A stretch of DNA of 64,000 bases, from assembly GCF_009914755.1 (NCBI RefSeq), contig NC_060948.1, one strand, 5' to 3'. The notes beneath the pieces were generated by a model that did not search any database, was not told where the DNA came from, and saw only the letters and a program-made list of their open reading frames with translations. A program made the position numbers and the translations under genes. This document shows, piece after piece, positions 29,601-46,544 of this stretch (its first letter is position 1; each line of letters begins with the position of its first letter). This DNA comes from the human T2T-CHM13v2.0 reference genome, Homo sapiens.

Positions 29601-32600
29601 CAAATCAATGGAATCAAATCAAATGGAATGGAAAGGAATTGAATGGAGCAGATTGGATTGGATGGGATTGGAATGAAATGTACTGGAAAGGACTCGAATT
29701 TCATGAAACGGAATGGAATGAATTGGAACGGAACGGACTCGAATGGAATGGAATGTCATGGAATGGCATCAAATGGAATGGCATCAAATGGAATGGAATC
29801 GAATGCAATGGAGTGCTATGGAATGGAATGGAATGCATTGGAATGGAATGTCCTCTAATGGAATGGATTCGAGTGGAATGGAATCGAATATAATGGAGTC
29901 GAAAGAAATGGAATTGAAAGGAATGGGATCGAATATAATGGAATATACTGGAATGTAATGTAATGAACTCGAATGTAATTGACTGGAATGGAATGTACAT
30001 GAATGGAATGTAATCGAATGGAAAGTAATCCAATGGAATAGAATCTAATGCAATAAAATCGACTCAGATAGAGTAGAATGTAATGGAAAGGAGTGCAGTG
30101 CAATGGAATGGAATGGAATGGAATGCAATGGAATGCAATGGAATGGAATGGAATGGGATGGAATGGTGTGGAATGGATAGTAATGGACTGGAGTGAAATG
30201 GACTGGAAAGGAATGGACTCAAATTGAAAGGGCTCGAAAGGAATGGAGTCAAATGGAATGGTCTGGAATGGAATGAACACGAATGTAATGCAATCCAATA
30301 GAATGGAATCGAATGGCATGGAATATAAAGAAATGGAATCGAAGAGAATGCAAACAAATGGAATGGAATTGAATGGAATGGAATTGAATGGAATGGGAAC
30401 GAATGGAGTGAAATTGTATGCAGTAGAAGAGAATAGAATGGAATGCAAGCGAAAGGAAAGGAATGGATTGGAATGGAATGGAATTCATTGGAATGGAAGG
30501 GAATGTAGTGTAATGGACAGGCCTGGAATAAAGTGGAATGCTACGGTCTCGAATGGAATAAAAATGTATGGAATGGAATGCAATGAAACGGAATCGAATG
30601 TCATAGAATGTAATGGAATGCAAAAAAATGGAATCCAAAATCATTGACTGGAAAGGCTGGGTGTCGAAAGGAATTGACTCCAATGGAATGGAATCGAATG
30701 GAATGGAAGTGAATAGAATCGAACTAAATCGAATGGAATGGAATTGATAGGAACTGAATGGAAAGGAATGCAATGATTTGGCATGGAATGGAATCGAATG
30801 GCATCGAATGGAATGGAATGGAATGCAATGGAATGGAATGTATTAGAATGTAATTAACTTTAATGGTATGTACTCGAATGGATTCGACTGGAATGGAATG
30901 TTCTGGAAGTGAATGGATTCCAATGGAATGGATTCAAAAGGAATGGAATCGTACGGAATGGAATCTAATGGAATGGAATTAAATGGAAATGAATCAAATT
31001 GAATAGCACGGAATTGAATTGAATGGAATCGAATGCAATGGAATCTAATGAAACGGAAAGGAAAGGAATGGAATGGAATGGAATGGGCTGGAATGGAAAG
31101 GAATCGAAACGAATGGAATGGAATCGAACTGAAGAGACTGGAATGGAATGCACTGGAATGGAAGGGAGTGTAATGGAAGGTTCTCGAAAAAAATGGAATC
31201 GAATGGAATGGAATTGAATGGAACGGAATAGAGTCGAATGGAATTGAATGGAATGGAATGGACTAGAGTGAAATGGAATCGAACCACAAGGAATGGACAG
31301 GAATAGAATGGTCTCGAATTGAATGGAATCGTATGGAATGGCATCAAACGGAATGGAATGGACAGCCACGGAATGGAATGCACTCGAATGCAATGGAGTC
31401 GAAACTAATGGACTGGAATAGAATGGACTCGACTGGTACGGACTCCAATGGAAGGGAATCGAATGGAAGGGAATCGAACGGAATGGACTCGAAGGGAAAA
31501 GACTGCAATGGAAAGGTCTCGAATGGAATGGAAATTAATGGAATGGAATGGAATCGAATGAAATGGAGTCAAAAGGAATGGAATCGAATGGCAAGAAATC
31601 GAATGTAATGGAATCGCAAGGAATTGATGTGAACGGAACGGAATGGAATGGAATCCAAAGGAATGGAATAGAATGGAATGGAATCGAATGGAAAGGACTC
31701 GAATGGAAATCACTCGAATAGAATGCAATTTAATAAAATAGGATCAAATGTAATGGAATGGAATGGAAAGGAATCGAAACGAAAGGAATGGAGACAGATG
31801 GAATGGAATGGAACAGAGAGCAATGGTATAGAATGGAATGGAATCATCTGGAATGGAATTGAATGGAATGGAATAATATGAAATGGAATGGAATGGAATG
31901 GAATGCCCTTGAATTAAATGGACTGGAATGGAATGGACTCGAACAGAGTGGAATTTAAAGTGTTGAGATAGAATGGAATGGACTCGTTTGGAATGGTCTA
32001 GTAGGCAATGCAATCGACTGGCAGGGAATCAAAAGGAATGTAATGGAATGGATTGTACTGGAATGCAATGGACTCGAATAGATTAGAAACGGAATGCAAA
32101 GGAATGGAATGGAATAGTATGGAATGGAATGGAAAGGAATGGAGTGGAATAGACTAGAGTGGAATGGAATGGACTGGAAAGCAATGGACTGGAATGGAAC
32201 TTTCTTGAATGGACTGGAATCAAACGGAATGGAATGCAATGCAATCAAATGGCATGGAATAAAATAGAATGAAAGAGAATCAAATGGAATTGAATCGAAT
32301 GGAATCGAATGGATTGGAAAGGAATAGAATGGAATGGAATGGAATGGACTCAAATGGAATGGACTAGAATGGAATGGATTCGAATGGAAGGCAAAGGAAT
32401 GGAATCTATTGGAATGGACTGTAATGGAATGGAATGGAAGGGATTGGAATGGACTCGAATGGAATGGACTGCAATAGAAAGGATTCGAATGGAATGAAAA
32501 AGAATTGAATGGAATAGAACAGAATGGAATCAAATCGAATGAAATGGAATGGAATAGAAAGGAATGGAATGAAATGGAATGGAAAGGATTCGAATGGAAT

Positions 32601-35600
32601 GCAATCGAATGGAATGGAATCGAACGGAATGGAATAAAATGGAAGAAAACTGGCAAGAAATGGAATCGAAATGAATGGAGTGTTATGGAACGGACTCAAA
32701 AGGAATTGAATGTAATAGAATGGAGTGGAGTGGACTCGAATATAATGGACTGGAATGGAATGAAATCACATGGAATGGGAACGAATGGAATGGAATGGAA
32801 AGGAATGGAATCGAATGGAAAGGAATCGAATGGAAGGGAATGAAATTGAATCAACAGGAATGGAAGGGAATAGAATAGACGGTAATGGAATGGACTCGAA
32901 TAGAATGGACACGAATGCTCAAATTGAATGGACTCGAATGGAATGGAAACGAAAGGAATGTCATCGAATGGAATTGAATCGATTGGAATGAAATCGCATA
33001 GAATGGAGTGGAATCAAATGGAATTGAATCGAAAGGAAAGGAAGCGAATGGACTGAAATGAAATGGAATGGAATTGAATGGAAAGTTATGTAATAGAATA
33101 GAATGGAACGAAATTTCACGGAATGCAATCAAACTGAATGGAATCAAATCAATGGAATCAAATCAAATGGAATGGAAAGGAATTGAATGGAGTAGATTGG
33201 ATTGGATGGGATTGGAATGAAATGTACTGGAAAGGACTCGAATTTCATGAAACGGAATGGAATGAATTGGAACGGAACGGACTCGAATGGAATGGAATGT
33301 CATGGAATGGCATCAAATGGAATGGCATCAAATGGAATGGAATCGAATGCAATGGAGTGCTATGGAATGGAATGGAATGCATTGGAATGGAATGTCCTCT
33401 AATGGAATGGATTCGAGTGGAATGGAATCGAATATAATGGAGTCGAAAGAAATGGAATTGAAAGGAATGGGATCGAATATAATGGAATATACTGGAATGT
33501 AATGTAATGAACTCGAATGTAATTGACTGGAATGGAATGTACATGAATGGAATGTAATCGAATGGAAAGTAATCCAATGGAATAGAATCTAATGCAATAA
33601 AATCGACTCAGATAGAGTAGAATGTAATGGAAAGGAGTGCAGTGCAATGGAATGGAATGGAATGGAATGCAATGGAATGCAATGGAATGGAATGGATTGG
33701 GATGGAATGGTGTGGAATGGATAGTAATGGACTGGAGTGAAATGGACTGGAAAGGAATGGACTCAAATTGAAAGGGCTCGAAAGGAATGGAGTCAAATGG
33801 AATGGTCTGGAATGGAATGAACACGAATGTAATGCAATCCAATAGAATGGAATCGAATGGCATGGAATATAAAGAAATGGAATCGAAGAGAATGGAAACA
33901 AATGGAATGGAATTGAATGGAATGGAATTGAATGGAATGGGAACGAATGGAGTGAAATTGTATGCAGTAGAAGAGAATAGAATGGAATGCAAGCGAAAGG
34001 AAAGGAATGGATTGGAATGGAATGGAATTCATTGGAATGGAAGGGAATGTAGTGTAATGGACAGGCCTGGAATAAAGTGGAATGCTACGGTCTCGAATGG
34101 AATAAAAATGTATGGAATGGAATGCAATGAAACGGAATCGAATGTCATAGAATGTAATGGAATGCAAAAAAATGGAATCCAAAATCATTGACTGGAAAGG
34201 CTGGGTGTCGAAAGGAATTGACTCCAATGGAATGGAATCGAATGGAATGGAAGTGAATAGAATCGAACTAAATCGAATGGAATGGAATTGATAGGAACGG
34301 AATGGAAAGGAATGCAATGATTTGGCATGGAATGGAATCGAATGGCATCGAATGGAATGGAATGGAATGCAATGGAATGGAATGTATTAGAATGTAATTA
34401 ACTTTAATGGTATGTACTCGAATGGATTCGACTGGAATGGAATGTTCTGGAAGTGAATGGATTCCAATGGAATGGATTCAAAAGGAATGGAATCGTACGG
34501 AATGGAATCTAATGGAATGGAATTAAATGGAAATGAATCAAATTGAATAGCACGGAATTGAATTGAATGGAATCGAATGCAATGGAATCTAATGAAACGG
34601 AAAGGAAAGGAATGGAATGGAATGGAATGGGCTGGAATGGAAAGGAATCGAAACGAATGGAATGGAATCGAACTGAAGAGACTGGAATGGAATGCACTGG
34701 AATGGAAGGGAGTGTAATGGATGGTTCTCGAAAAAAATGGAATCGAATGGAATGGAATTGAATGGAACGGAATAGAGTCGAATGGAATTGAATGGAATGG
34801 AATGGACTAGAGTGAAATGGAATCGAACCACAAGGAATGGACAGGAATAGAATGGTCTCGAATTGAATGGAATCGTATGGAATGGCATCAAACGGAATGG
34901 AATGGACAGCCACGGAATGGAATGCACTCGAATGCAATGGAGTCGAAACTAATGGACTGGAATAGAATGGACTCGACTGGTACGGACTCCAATGGAATGG
35001 AATCGAATGGAAGGGAATCGAACGGAATGGACTCGAAGGGAAAAGACTGCAATGGAAAGGTCTCGAATGGAATGGAAATTAATGGAATGGAATGGAATCG
35101 AATGAAATGGAGTCAAAAGGAATGGAATCGAATGGCAAGAAATCGAATGTAATGGAATCGCAAGGAATTGATGTGAACGGAACGGAATGGAATGGAATCC
35201 AAAGGAATGGAATAGAATGGAATGGAATCGAATGGAAAGGACTCGAATGGAAATCACTCGAATAGAATGCAATTTAATAAAATAGGATCAAATGTAATGG
35301 AATGGAATGGAAAGGAATCGAAACGAAAGGAATGGAGACAGATGGAATGGAATGGAACAGAGAGCAATGGTATAGAATGGAATGGAATCATCTGGAATGG
35401 AATTGAATGGAATGGAATAACATGAAATGGACTGGAATGGAATGGAATGCCCTTGAATTAAATGGACTGGAATGGAATGGACTCGAACAGAGTGGAATGG
35501 AAAGTGTTGAAATAGAATGGAATGGACTGGTTTGGAATGGTCTAGTATGCAATGCAATCGACTGGCAGGGAATCAAAAGGAATGTAAACGAATGGATTGG

Positions 35601-38600
35601 ACTGGAACGCAATGGACTCGAATAGATTGGAAACGGAATGCAAAGGAATGGAATGGAATAGTATGGAATGGAATGGAAAGGAATGGAGTGGAATAGACTA
35701 GAGTGGAATGGAATGGACTCGAAAGCAATGGACTGGAATGGAACTTTCTTGAATGGACTGGAATCAAACGGAATGGAATGCAATGCAATCAAATGGCATG
35801 GAATAAAATAGAATGAAAGAGAATCAAATGGAATTGAATCGAATGGAATCGAATGGATTGGAAAGGAATAGAATGGAATGGAATGGAATTGACTCAAATG
35901 GAATGGACTAGAATGGAATGGATTCGAATGGAAGGCAAAGGAATGGAATCTATTGGAATGGACTGTAATGGAATGGAATGGAAGGGATTGGAATGGACTC
36001 GAATGGAATGGACTGCAATAGAAAGGATTCGAATGGAATGAAAAAGAATTGAATGGAATAGAACAGAATGGAATCAAATCGAATGAAATGGAATGGAATA
36101 GAAAGGAATGGAATGAAATGGAATGGAAAGGATTCGAATGGAATGCAATCGAATGGAATGTAATCGAACGCAATGGAATAAAATGGAAGAAAACTGGCAA
36201 GAAATGGAATCGAAATGAATGGAGTGTTATGGAACGGACTCAAAAGGAATTGAATGTAATAGAATGGAGTGGAGTGGACTCGAATATAATGGACTGGAAT
36301 GGAATGAAATCACATGGAATGGGAACGAATGGAATGGAATGGAAAGGAATGGAATCGAATGGAAAGGAATCGAATGGAAGGGAATGAAATTGAATCAACA
36401 GGAATGGAAGGGAATAGAATAGACGGTAATGGAATGGACTCGAATAGAATGGACACGAATGCTCAAATTGAATGGACTCGAATGGAATGGAAACGAAAGG
36501 AATGTCATCGAATGGAATTGAATCGATTGGAATGAAATCGCATAGAATGGAGTGGAATCAAATGGAATTGAATCGAAAGGAAAGGAAGCGAATGGACTGA
36601 AATGAAATGGAATGGAATTGAATGGAAAGTTATGTAATGGAATAGAATGGAACGAAATTTGACGGAATGCAATCAAACTGAATGGAATCAAATCAATGGA
36701 ATCAAATCAAATGGAATGGAAAGGAATTGAATGGAGTAGATTGGATTGGATGGGATTGGAATGAAATGTACTGGAAAGGACTCGAATTTCATGAAATGGA
36801 ATGGAATGAATTGGAACGGAATGGACTCGAATGGAATGGAATGTCATGGAATGGCATCAAATGGAATGGCATCAAATAGAATGGAATCGAATGCAATGGA
36901 GTGCTATGGAATGGAATGGAATGCATTGGAATGGAATGTCCTCTAATGGAATAGATTCGAGTGGAATGGAATCGAATATAATGGAGTCGAATGAAATGGA
37001 ATTGAAAGGAATGGGATCGAATACAATGGAATATACTGGAATGTAATGTAATGAACTCGAATGTAATTGACTGGAATGGAATGTACATGAATGGAATGTA
37101 ATTTAATGGAAAGTAATCCAATGGAATAGAATCTAATGCAATAAAATCGACTCAGATAGAGTAGAATGTAATGGAATGGAGTGCAGTGCAATGGAATGGA
37201 ATGGAATGGAATGCAATGGAATGGAATGGAATGGAATGGAATGGGATGGAATGGGATGGAATGGATAGTAATGGACTGGAGTGAAATGGACTGGAAAGGA
37301 ATGGACTCAAATTGAAAGGGCTCGAAAGGAATGGAGTCAAATGGAATGGTCTGGAATGGAATGAACACGAATGTAATGCAATCCAATAGAATGGAATCGA
37401 ATGGCATGGAACATAAAGAAATGGAATCGAAGAGAATGGAAACAAATGGAATGGAATTGAATGGAATGGAATTGAATGGAATGGGAACGAATGGAGTGAA
37501 ATTGTATGCAGTAGAAGAGAATAGAATGGAATGCAAGCGAAAGGAAAGGAATGGATTGGAATGGAATGGAATTCATTGGAATGGAAGGGAATGTAGTGTA
37601 ATGGACAGGCCTGGAATAAAGTGGAATGCTACGGTCTCGAATGGAATAAAAATGTATGGAATGGAATGCAATGAAACGGAATCGAATGTCATAGAATGTA
37701 ATGGAATGCAACAAAATGGAATCCAAAATCATTGACTGGAAAGGCTGGGTGTCGAAAGGAATTGACTCCAATGGAATGGAATCGAATGGAATGGAAGTGA
37801 ATAGAATCGAACTAAATCGAATGGAATGGAATTGATAGGAACGGAATGGAAAGGAATGCAATGATTTGGCATGGAATGCAATCGAATGGCATCGAATGGA
37901 ATGGAATGGAATGCAATGGAATGGAATGTATTAGAATGTAATGAACTTTAATGGAATGTACTCGAATGGATTCGACTGGAATGGAATGTTCTGGAAGTGA
38001 ATGGACTCCAATGGAATGGATTCCAAAGGAATGGAATCGTACGGAATGGAATCTAATGGAATGGAATTAAATGGAAATGAATCAAATTGAATAGCACGGA
38101 ATTGAATTGAATGGAATCGAATGCAATGGAATCTAATGAAACGGAAAGGAAAGGAATGGAATGGAATGGAATGGGCTGGAATGGAAAGGAATCGAAACGA
38201 ATGGAATGGAATCGAACTGAAGAGACTGGAATGGAATGCACTGGAATGGAAGGGAGTGTAATGGAAGGTTCTCGAAAAAAATGGAATCGAATGGAATGGA
38301 ATTGAATGGAACGGAATAGAGTCGAATGGAATTGAATGGAATGGAATGGACTAGAGTGAAATGGAATCGAACCACAAGGAATGGACAGGAATAGAATGGT
38401 CTCGAATTGAATGGAATCGTATGGAATGGCATCAAACGGAATGGAATGGACAGCCACGGAATGGAATGCACTCGAATGCAATGGAGTCGAAACTAATGGA
38501 CTGGAATAGAATGGACTCGACTGGTACGGACTCCAATGGAATGGAATCGAATGGAAGGGAATCGAACGGAATGGACTCGAAGGGAAAAGACTGCAATGGA

Positions 38601-40677
38601 AAGGTCTCGAATGGAATGGAAATTAATGGAATGGAATGGAATCGAATGAAATGGAGTCAAAAGGAATGGAATCGAATGGCAAGAAATCGAATGTAATGGA
38701 ATCGCAAGGAATTGATGTGAAAGGAACGGAATGGAATGGAATCCAAAGGAATGGAATAGAATGGAATGGAATCGAATGGAAAGGACTCGAATGGAAATCA
38801 CTCGAATAGAATGCAATTTAATAAAATAGGATCAAATGTAATGGAATGGAATGGAAAGGAATCGAAACGAAAGGAATGGAGACAGATGGAATGGAATGGA
38901 ACAGAGAGCAATGGTATAGAATGGAATGGAATCATCTGGAATGGAATTGAATGGAATGGAATAACATGAAATGGACTGGAATGGAATGGAATGCCCTTGA
39001 ATTAAATGGACTGGAATGGAATGGACTCGAACAGAGTGGAATGGAAAGTGTTGAAATAGAATGGAATGGACTGGTTTGGAATGGTCTAGTATGCAATGCA
39101 ATCGACTGGCAGGGAATCAAAAGGAATGTAAACGAATGGATTGGACTGGAATGCAATGGACTCGAATAGATTGGAAACGGAATGCAAAGGAATGGAATGG
39201 AATAGTATGGAATGGAATGGAAAGGAATGGAGTGGAATAGACTAGAGTGGAATGGAATGGACTGGAAAGCAATGGACTGGAATGGAACTTTCTTGAATGG
39301 ACTGGAATCAAACGGAATGGAATGCAATGCAATCAAATGGCATGGAATAAAATAGAATGAAAGAGAATCAAATGGAATTGAATCGAATGGAATCGAATGG
39401 ATTGGAAAGGAATAGAATGGAATGGAATGGAATTGACTCAAATGGAATGGACTAGAATGGAATGGATTCGAATGGAAGGCAAAGGAATGGAATCTATTGG
39501 AATGGACTCTAATGGAATGGAATGGAAGGGATTGGAATGGACTCGAATGGAATGGACTGCAATAGAAAGGATTCGAATGGAATGAAAAAGAATTGAATGG
39601 AATAGAACAGAATGGAATCAAATCGAATGAAATGGAATGGAATAGAAAGGAATGGAATGAAATGGAATGGAAAGGATTCGAATGGAATGCAATCGAATGG
39701 AATGTAATCGAACGCAATGGAATAAAATGGAAGAAAACTGGCAAGAAATGGAATCGAAATGAATGGAGTGTTATGGAACGGACTCAAAAGGAATTGAATG
39801 TAATAGAATGGAGTGGAGTGGACTCGAATATAATGGACTGGAATGGAATGAAATCACATGGAATGGGAACGAATGGAATGGAATGGAAAGGAATGGAATC
39901 GAATGGAAAGGAATCAAATGGAAGGGAATGAAATTGAATCAACAGGAATGGAAGGGAATAGAATAGACGGTAATGGAATGGACTCGAATAGAATGGACAC
40001 GAATGCTGAAATCGAATGGACTCGAATGGAATGGAAACGAAAGGAATGTCATCGAATGGAATTGAATCGATTGGAATGAAATCGCATAGAATGGAGTGGA
40101 ATCAAATGGAATTGAATCGAAAGGAAAGGAAGCGAATGGACTGAAATGAAATGGAATGGAATTGAATGGAAAGTAATGCAATGGAATAGAATGGAACGAA
40201 ATTTCACGGAATGGAATCAAACTGAATGGAATCAAATCAATGGAATCAAATCAAATGGAATGGAAAGGAATTGAATGGAGTAGATTGGATTGGATGGGAT
40301 TGGAATGAAATGTACTGGAAAGGACTCGAATTTCATGAAACGGGATGGAATGAATTGGAACGGAATGGACTCGAATGGAATGGAATGTCATGGAATGGCA
40401 TCAAATGGAATGGCATCAAATGGAATGGAATCGAATGTAATTGAGTGCTATGGAATGGAATGGAATGCATTGGAATGGAATGTCCTCTAATGGAATGGAT
40501 TCGATTGGAATGGAATCGAATATAATGGAGTCGAATGAAATGGAATTGAAAGGAATGGGATCGAATACAATGGAATATACTGGAATGTAATGTAATGAAC
40601 TCGAATGTAATTGACTGGAATGGAATGTACATGAATGGAATGTAATCGAATGGAAAGTAATCCAATGGAATAGAATC

Positions 40678-41719
<1,042 letters not shown>

Positions 41720-42293
41720 AGATCCATATTTTTTAAAGGAAAAAAAATTTCAAAGGTACTCTGCTTGGTACAATAATCAAATGTATAAACTGAGGAATAA
41801 AACATAACCATGAAACCTACTTATAACTGCATATGGAAAATACAGAGGATAATTTTTTAAATAACATATTTTGAAAGCCTTAACTAGTAATTTGAAGAGT
41901 TGGCATTTGAAAGGCCAGTATGAATATACCTTCAAAGCAGCAACACAGGTTCCCCATGAGAAAAAGCAAACACAGGGAAAATAAAACCACAAAGGTTCAA
42001 TCTCTTCTGACCTTTGAAAGACACAGCACAGACAGTGGTCCTTAGGACGAAGAGCAGGAGACCCCTAATTCCGTCACCATGGCGATAGGGCATAAACATT
42101 GCTGGGTGAGGGCACAATCCACATTATGAGGTCCAACTGCTGCCAGGAAGACAGGAGTGCTTTTACATAGACCGAAAGGTCATTGAAGGCTCAGAGTTTT
42201 GTTTCAAGAACTGAATCCCAAGCCCACACGTTATTAGGCTGCGCTTCTTAAAACAAGTTATGAGATGGGAAAAAGGGCACCCACAAACATACG
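41720..42293. repeat. HSATI-type complex segment of the DYZ2 unit (representative; follows every Alu copy)
   Basis: About 570 bp of moderate-GC, non-simple sequence that is near-identical in all 10 units. The HSATI name follows the established DYZ2 composition and does not come from a search. Confidence 0.75.
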
Positions 42294-44132
<1,839 letters not shown>

Positions 44133-46252
44133 AGATCCATATTTTTTAAATGAAAAATAATTTCAAAGGTACTCTGCTTGGTACAATAATCAAATGTATA
44201 ATCTGAGGAATAAAACATAACCATGAAACCTACTTATAACTGCTTATGGAAAATACGGAGGATAATTTTTTAAATAACATATTTTGAAAGCCTTAACTAG
44301 TAATTTGAAGAGTTGGCATTTGAAAGGCCAGTATGAATATACCTTCAAAGCAGCAACACAGGTTCCCCATGAGAAAAAGCAAACTCAGGGAAAATAAAAC
44401 CACAAAGGTTCAATCTCTTCTGACCTTTGAAAGACACAGCACAGACAGTGGTCCTTAGGACGAAGAGCAGGAGACCCCTAATTCCGTCACCATGGCGATA
44501 GGGCATAAACATTGCTGGGTGAGGGCACAATCCACATTGTGAGGTCCAACTGCTGCCAGGAAGACAGGAGTGCTTTTACATAGACCGAAAGGTCATTGAA
44601 GGCTCAGAGTTTTGTTTCAAGAACTGAATCCCAAGCCCACACGTTATTAGGCTGCGCTTCTTAAAACAAGTTATGAGATGGGAAAAAGGGCACCCACAAA
44701 CATACGTATACATTATGTATATAATAATATACAGTATCATATATATAATATATATAACCTATGTATAATATTGTTTTACATCCTGCATCTTATGTTATAT
44801 ATATTGTATAAAATATAATAATTGTTAATATATATGTTTCATATTTATACAATATGACATATAGTATATATTATAATTTATGACATATATAATATATGTT
44901 ATATATCATATATAGAATATATTATACGGTTAATATACGTATTAAATATAAATTATACATTATATATATTATATGTAATATATCTGTTATATATAATACC
45001 CAGTATGCATAATATATATATCATGTCTATGTTATATATAGTATAAAACAATATATAATAATATATAATTGTATATATAAAATGCGACATATAATATATA
45101 TTATATTTATGACATATGTAATATATATTATATATTATATATAATACGTTGTATGTATAATACCTATATTAAATATATATTATATGACTATGTTATTAAT
45201 TACATGTCACATATATTATATATTATATATTTTACATAGAATATACGGGTTACATACAATATATACTATGTTACCTATAATGTATAATTTATTACATGTA
45301 AAATAAAGAATGCAATATATTATGTATAATTTATAATATACAATATGTGGAATGTGATATATATAACATATAATATATGATATACAGTATATGATATATA
45401 ACATACAATATATGATACCTAATATATATGGTATACAATATATATTTTATGATATGTATTCTATATGTTTTATATTCTGTTATATATAACTATTTGAAAA
45501 TATATATAAGTGTATAATATTTTATGTAAATATGTAATATAATATATATAACTATATAATATATTATATATAACTATATATTTTGTTATATATACTTTTA
45601 TAACATAATTTACATAAAATATCATAATATAATATATATTATATTATTTCATATTACATAATATATATTACATATCACCCAATATAGGTAACATACATAA
45701 TATTATAATATAGATTATATTATGTTATATTAAATATCATATATATCATGTATCATATATTCTATAATATATATTATACATTATATAATATGTATGTTGT
45801 CTATTATGTGATATATATAACTATATATATAATTATATTATTATACATATAACTAGATAAACATGTAATTCTACATATTTTCATTTATAATATATAGAAT
45901 TATATAATCATATATAATTATTTATATTCTATAAAAAATTATATCATTATATAAATTATAATATATAAAAATTATAATATGTACTACAAACATATATATT
46001 ATATATCATATATGATATAGTACCTTTGTTATATATCATAATACATATAAATGTGTATTATGTTATCTATAATTATATAATTTCATATATAAGATGTATA
46101 ATATGTATTATTTATTATATATGTTATGTAATATATATAGTATATATAAGCTGACACAGGATAAATATTATATACTATGACATATAAAATATATGAGGTT
46201 ATATGTTACATATAAGGCATAGCACGTAACATGTAATATATATCATATATAA

Positions 46253-46544
<292 letters not shown>

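Larger units (their letters stand above)
1..40677 (+). repeat. DYZ1: Human satellite 3 array, DYZ1 type (Yq12): ~3.56 kb higher-order unit of diverged (GGAAT)n, G-rich strand on +; runs off the left edge
   Basis: The GGAAT-derived pentamers are continuous. The same landmark recurs at 429, 3983, 7557, 11126, 14705, 18279, 21843, 25417, 28961, 32505, 36049 and 39593 (periods 3554, 3574, 3569, 3579, 3574, 3564, 3574, 3544, 3544, 3544, 3544). There is one GGCC and one GAATTC per unit, and the array abuts a 2.4 kb Alu-containing AT-rich repeat. These match the established description of DYZ1 (classical 3.4 kb HaeIII/EcoRI male band, 3564 bp reference unit). Confidence 0.97.

Noticed and set aside
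41932-42117. 61-aa minus-strand ORF (MCPHPAMF...) open in all 10 DYZ2 units, and the overlapping 71-aa ORF
   Set aside because: The 61-aa ORF starts at TTG and neither has a recognisable domain. Conservation is explained by recent tandem amplification, and many unit differences change amino acids.
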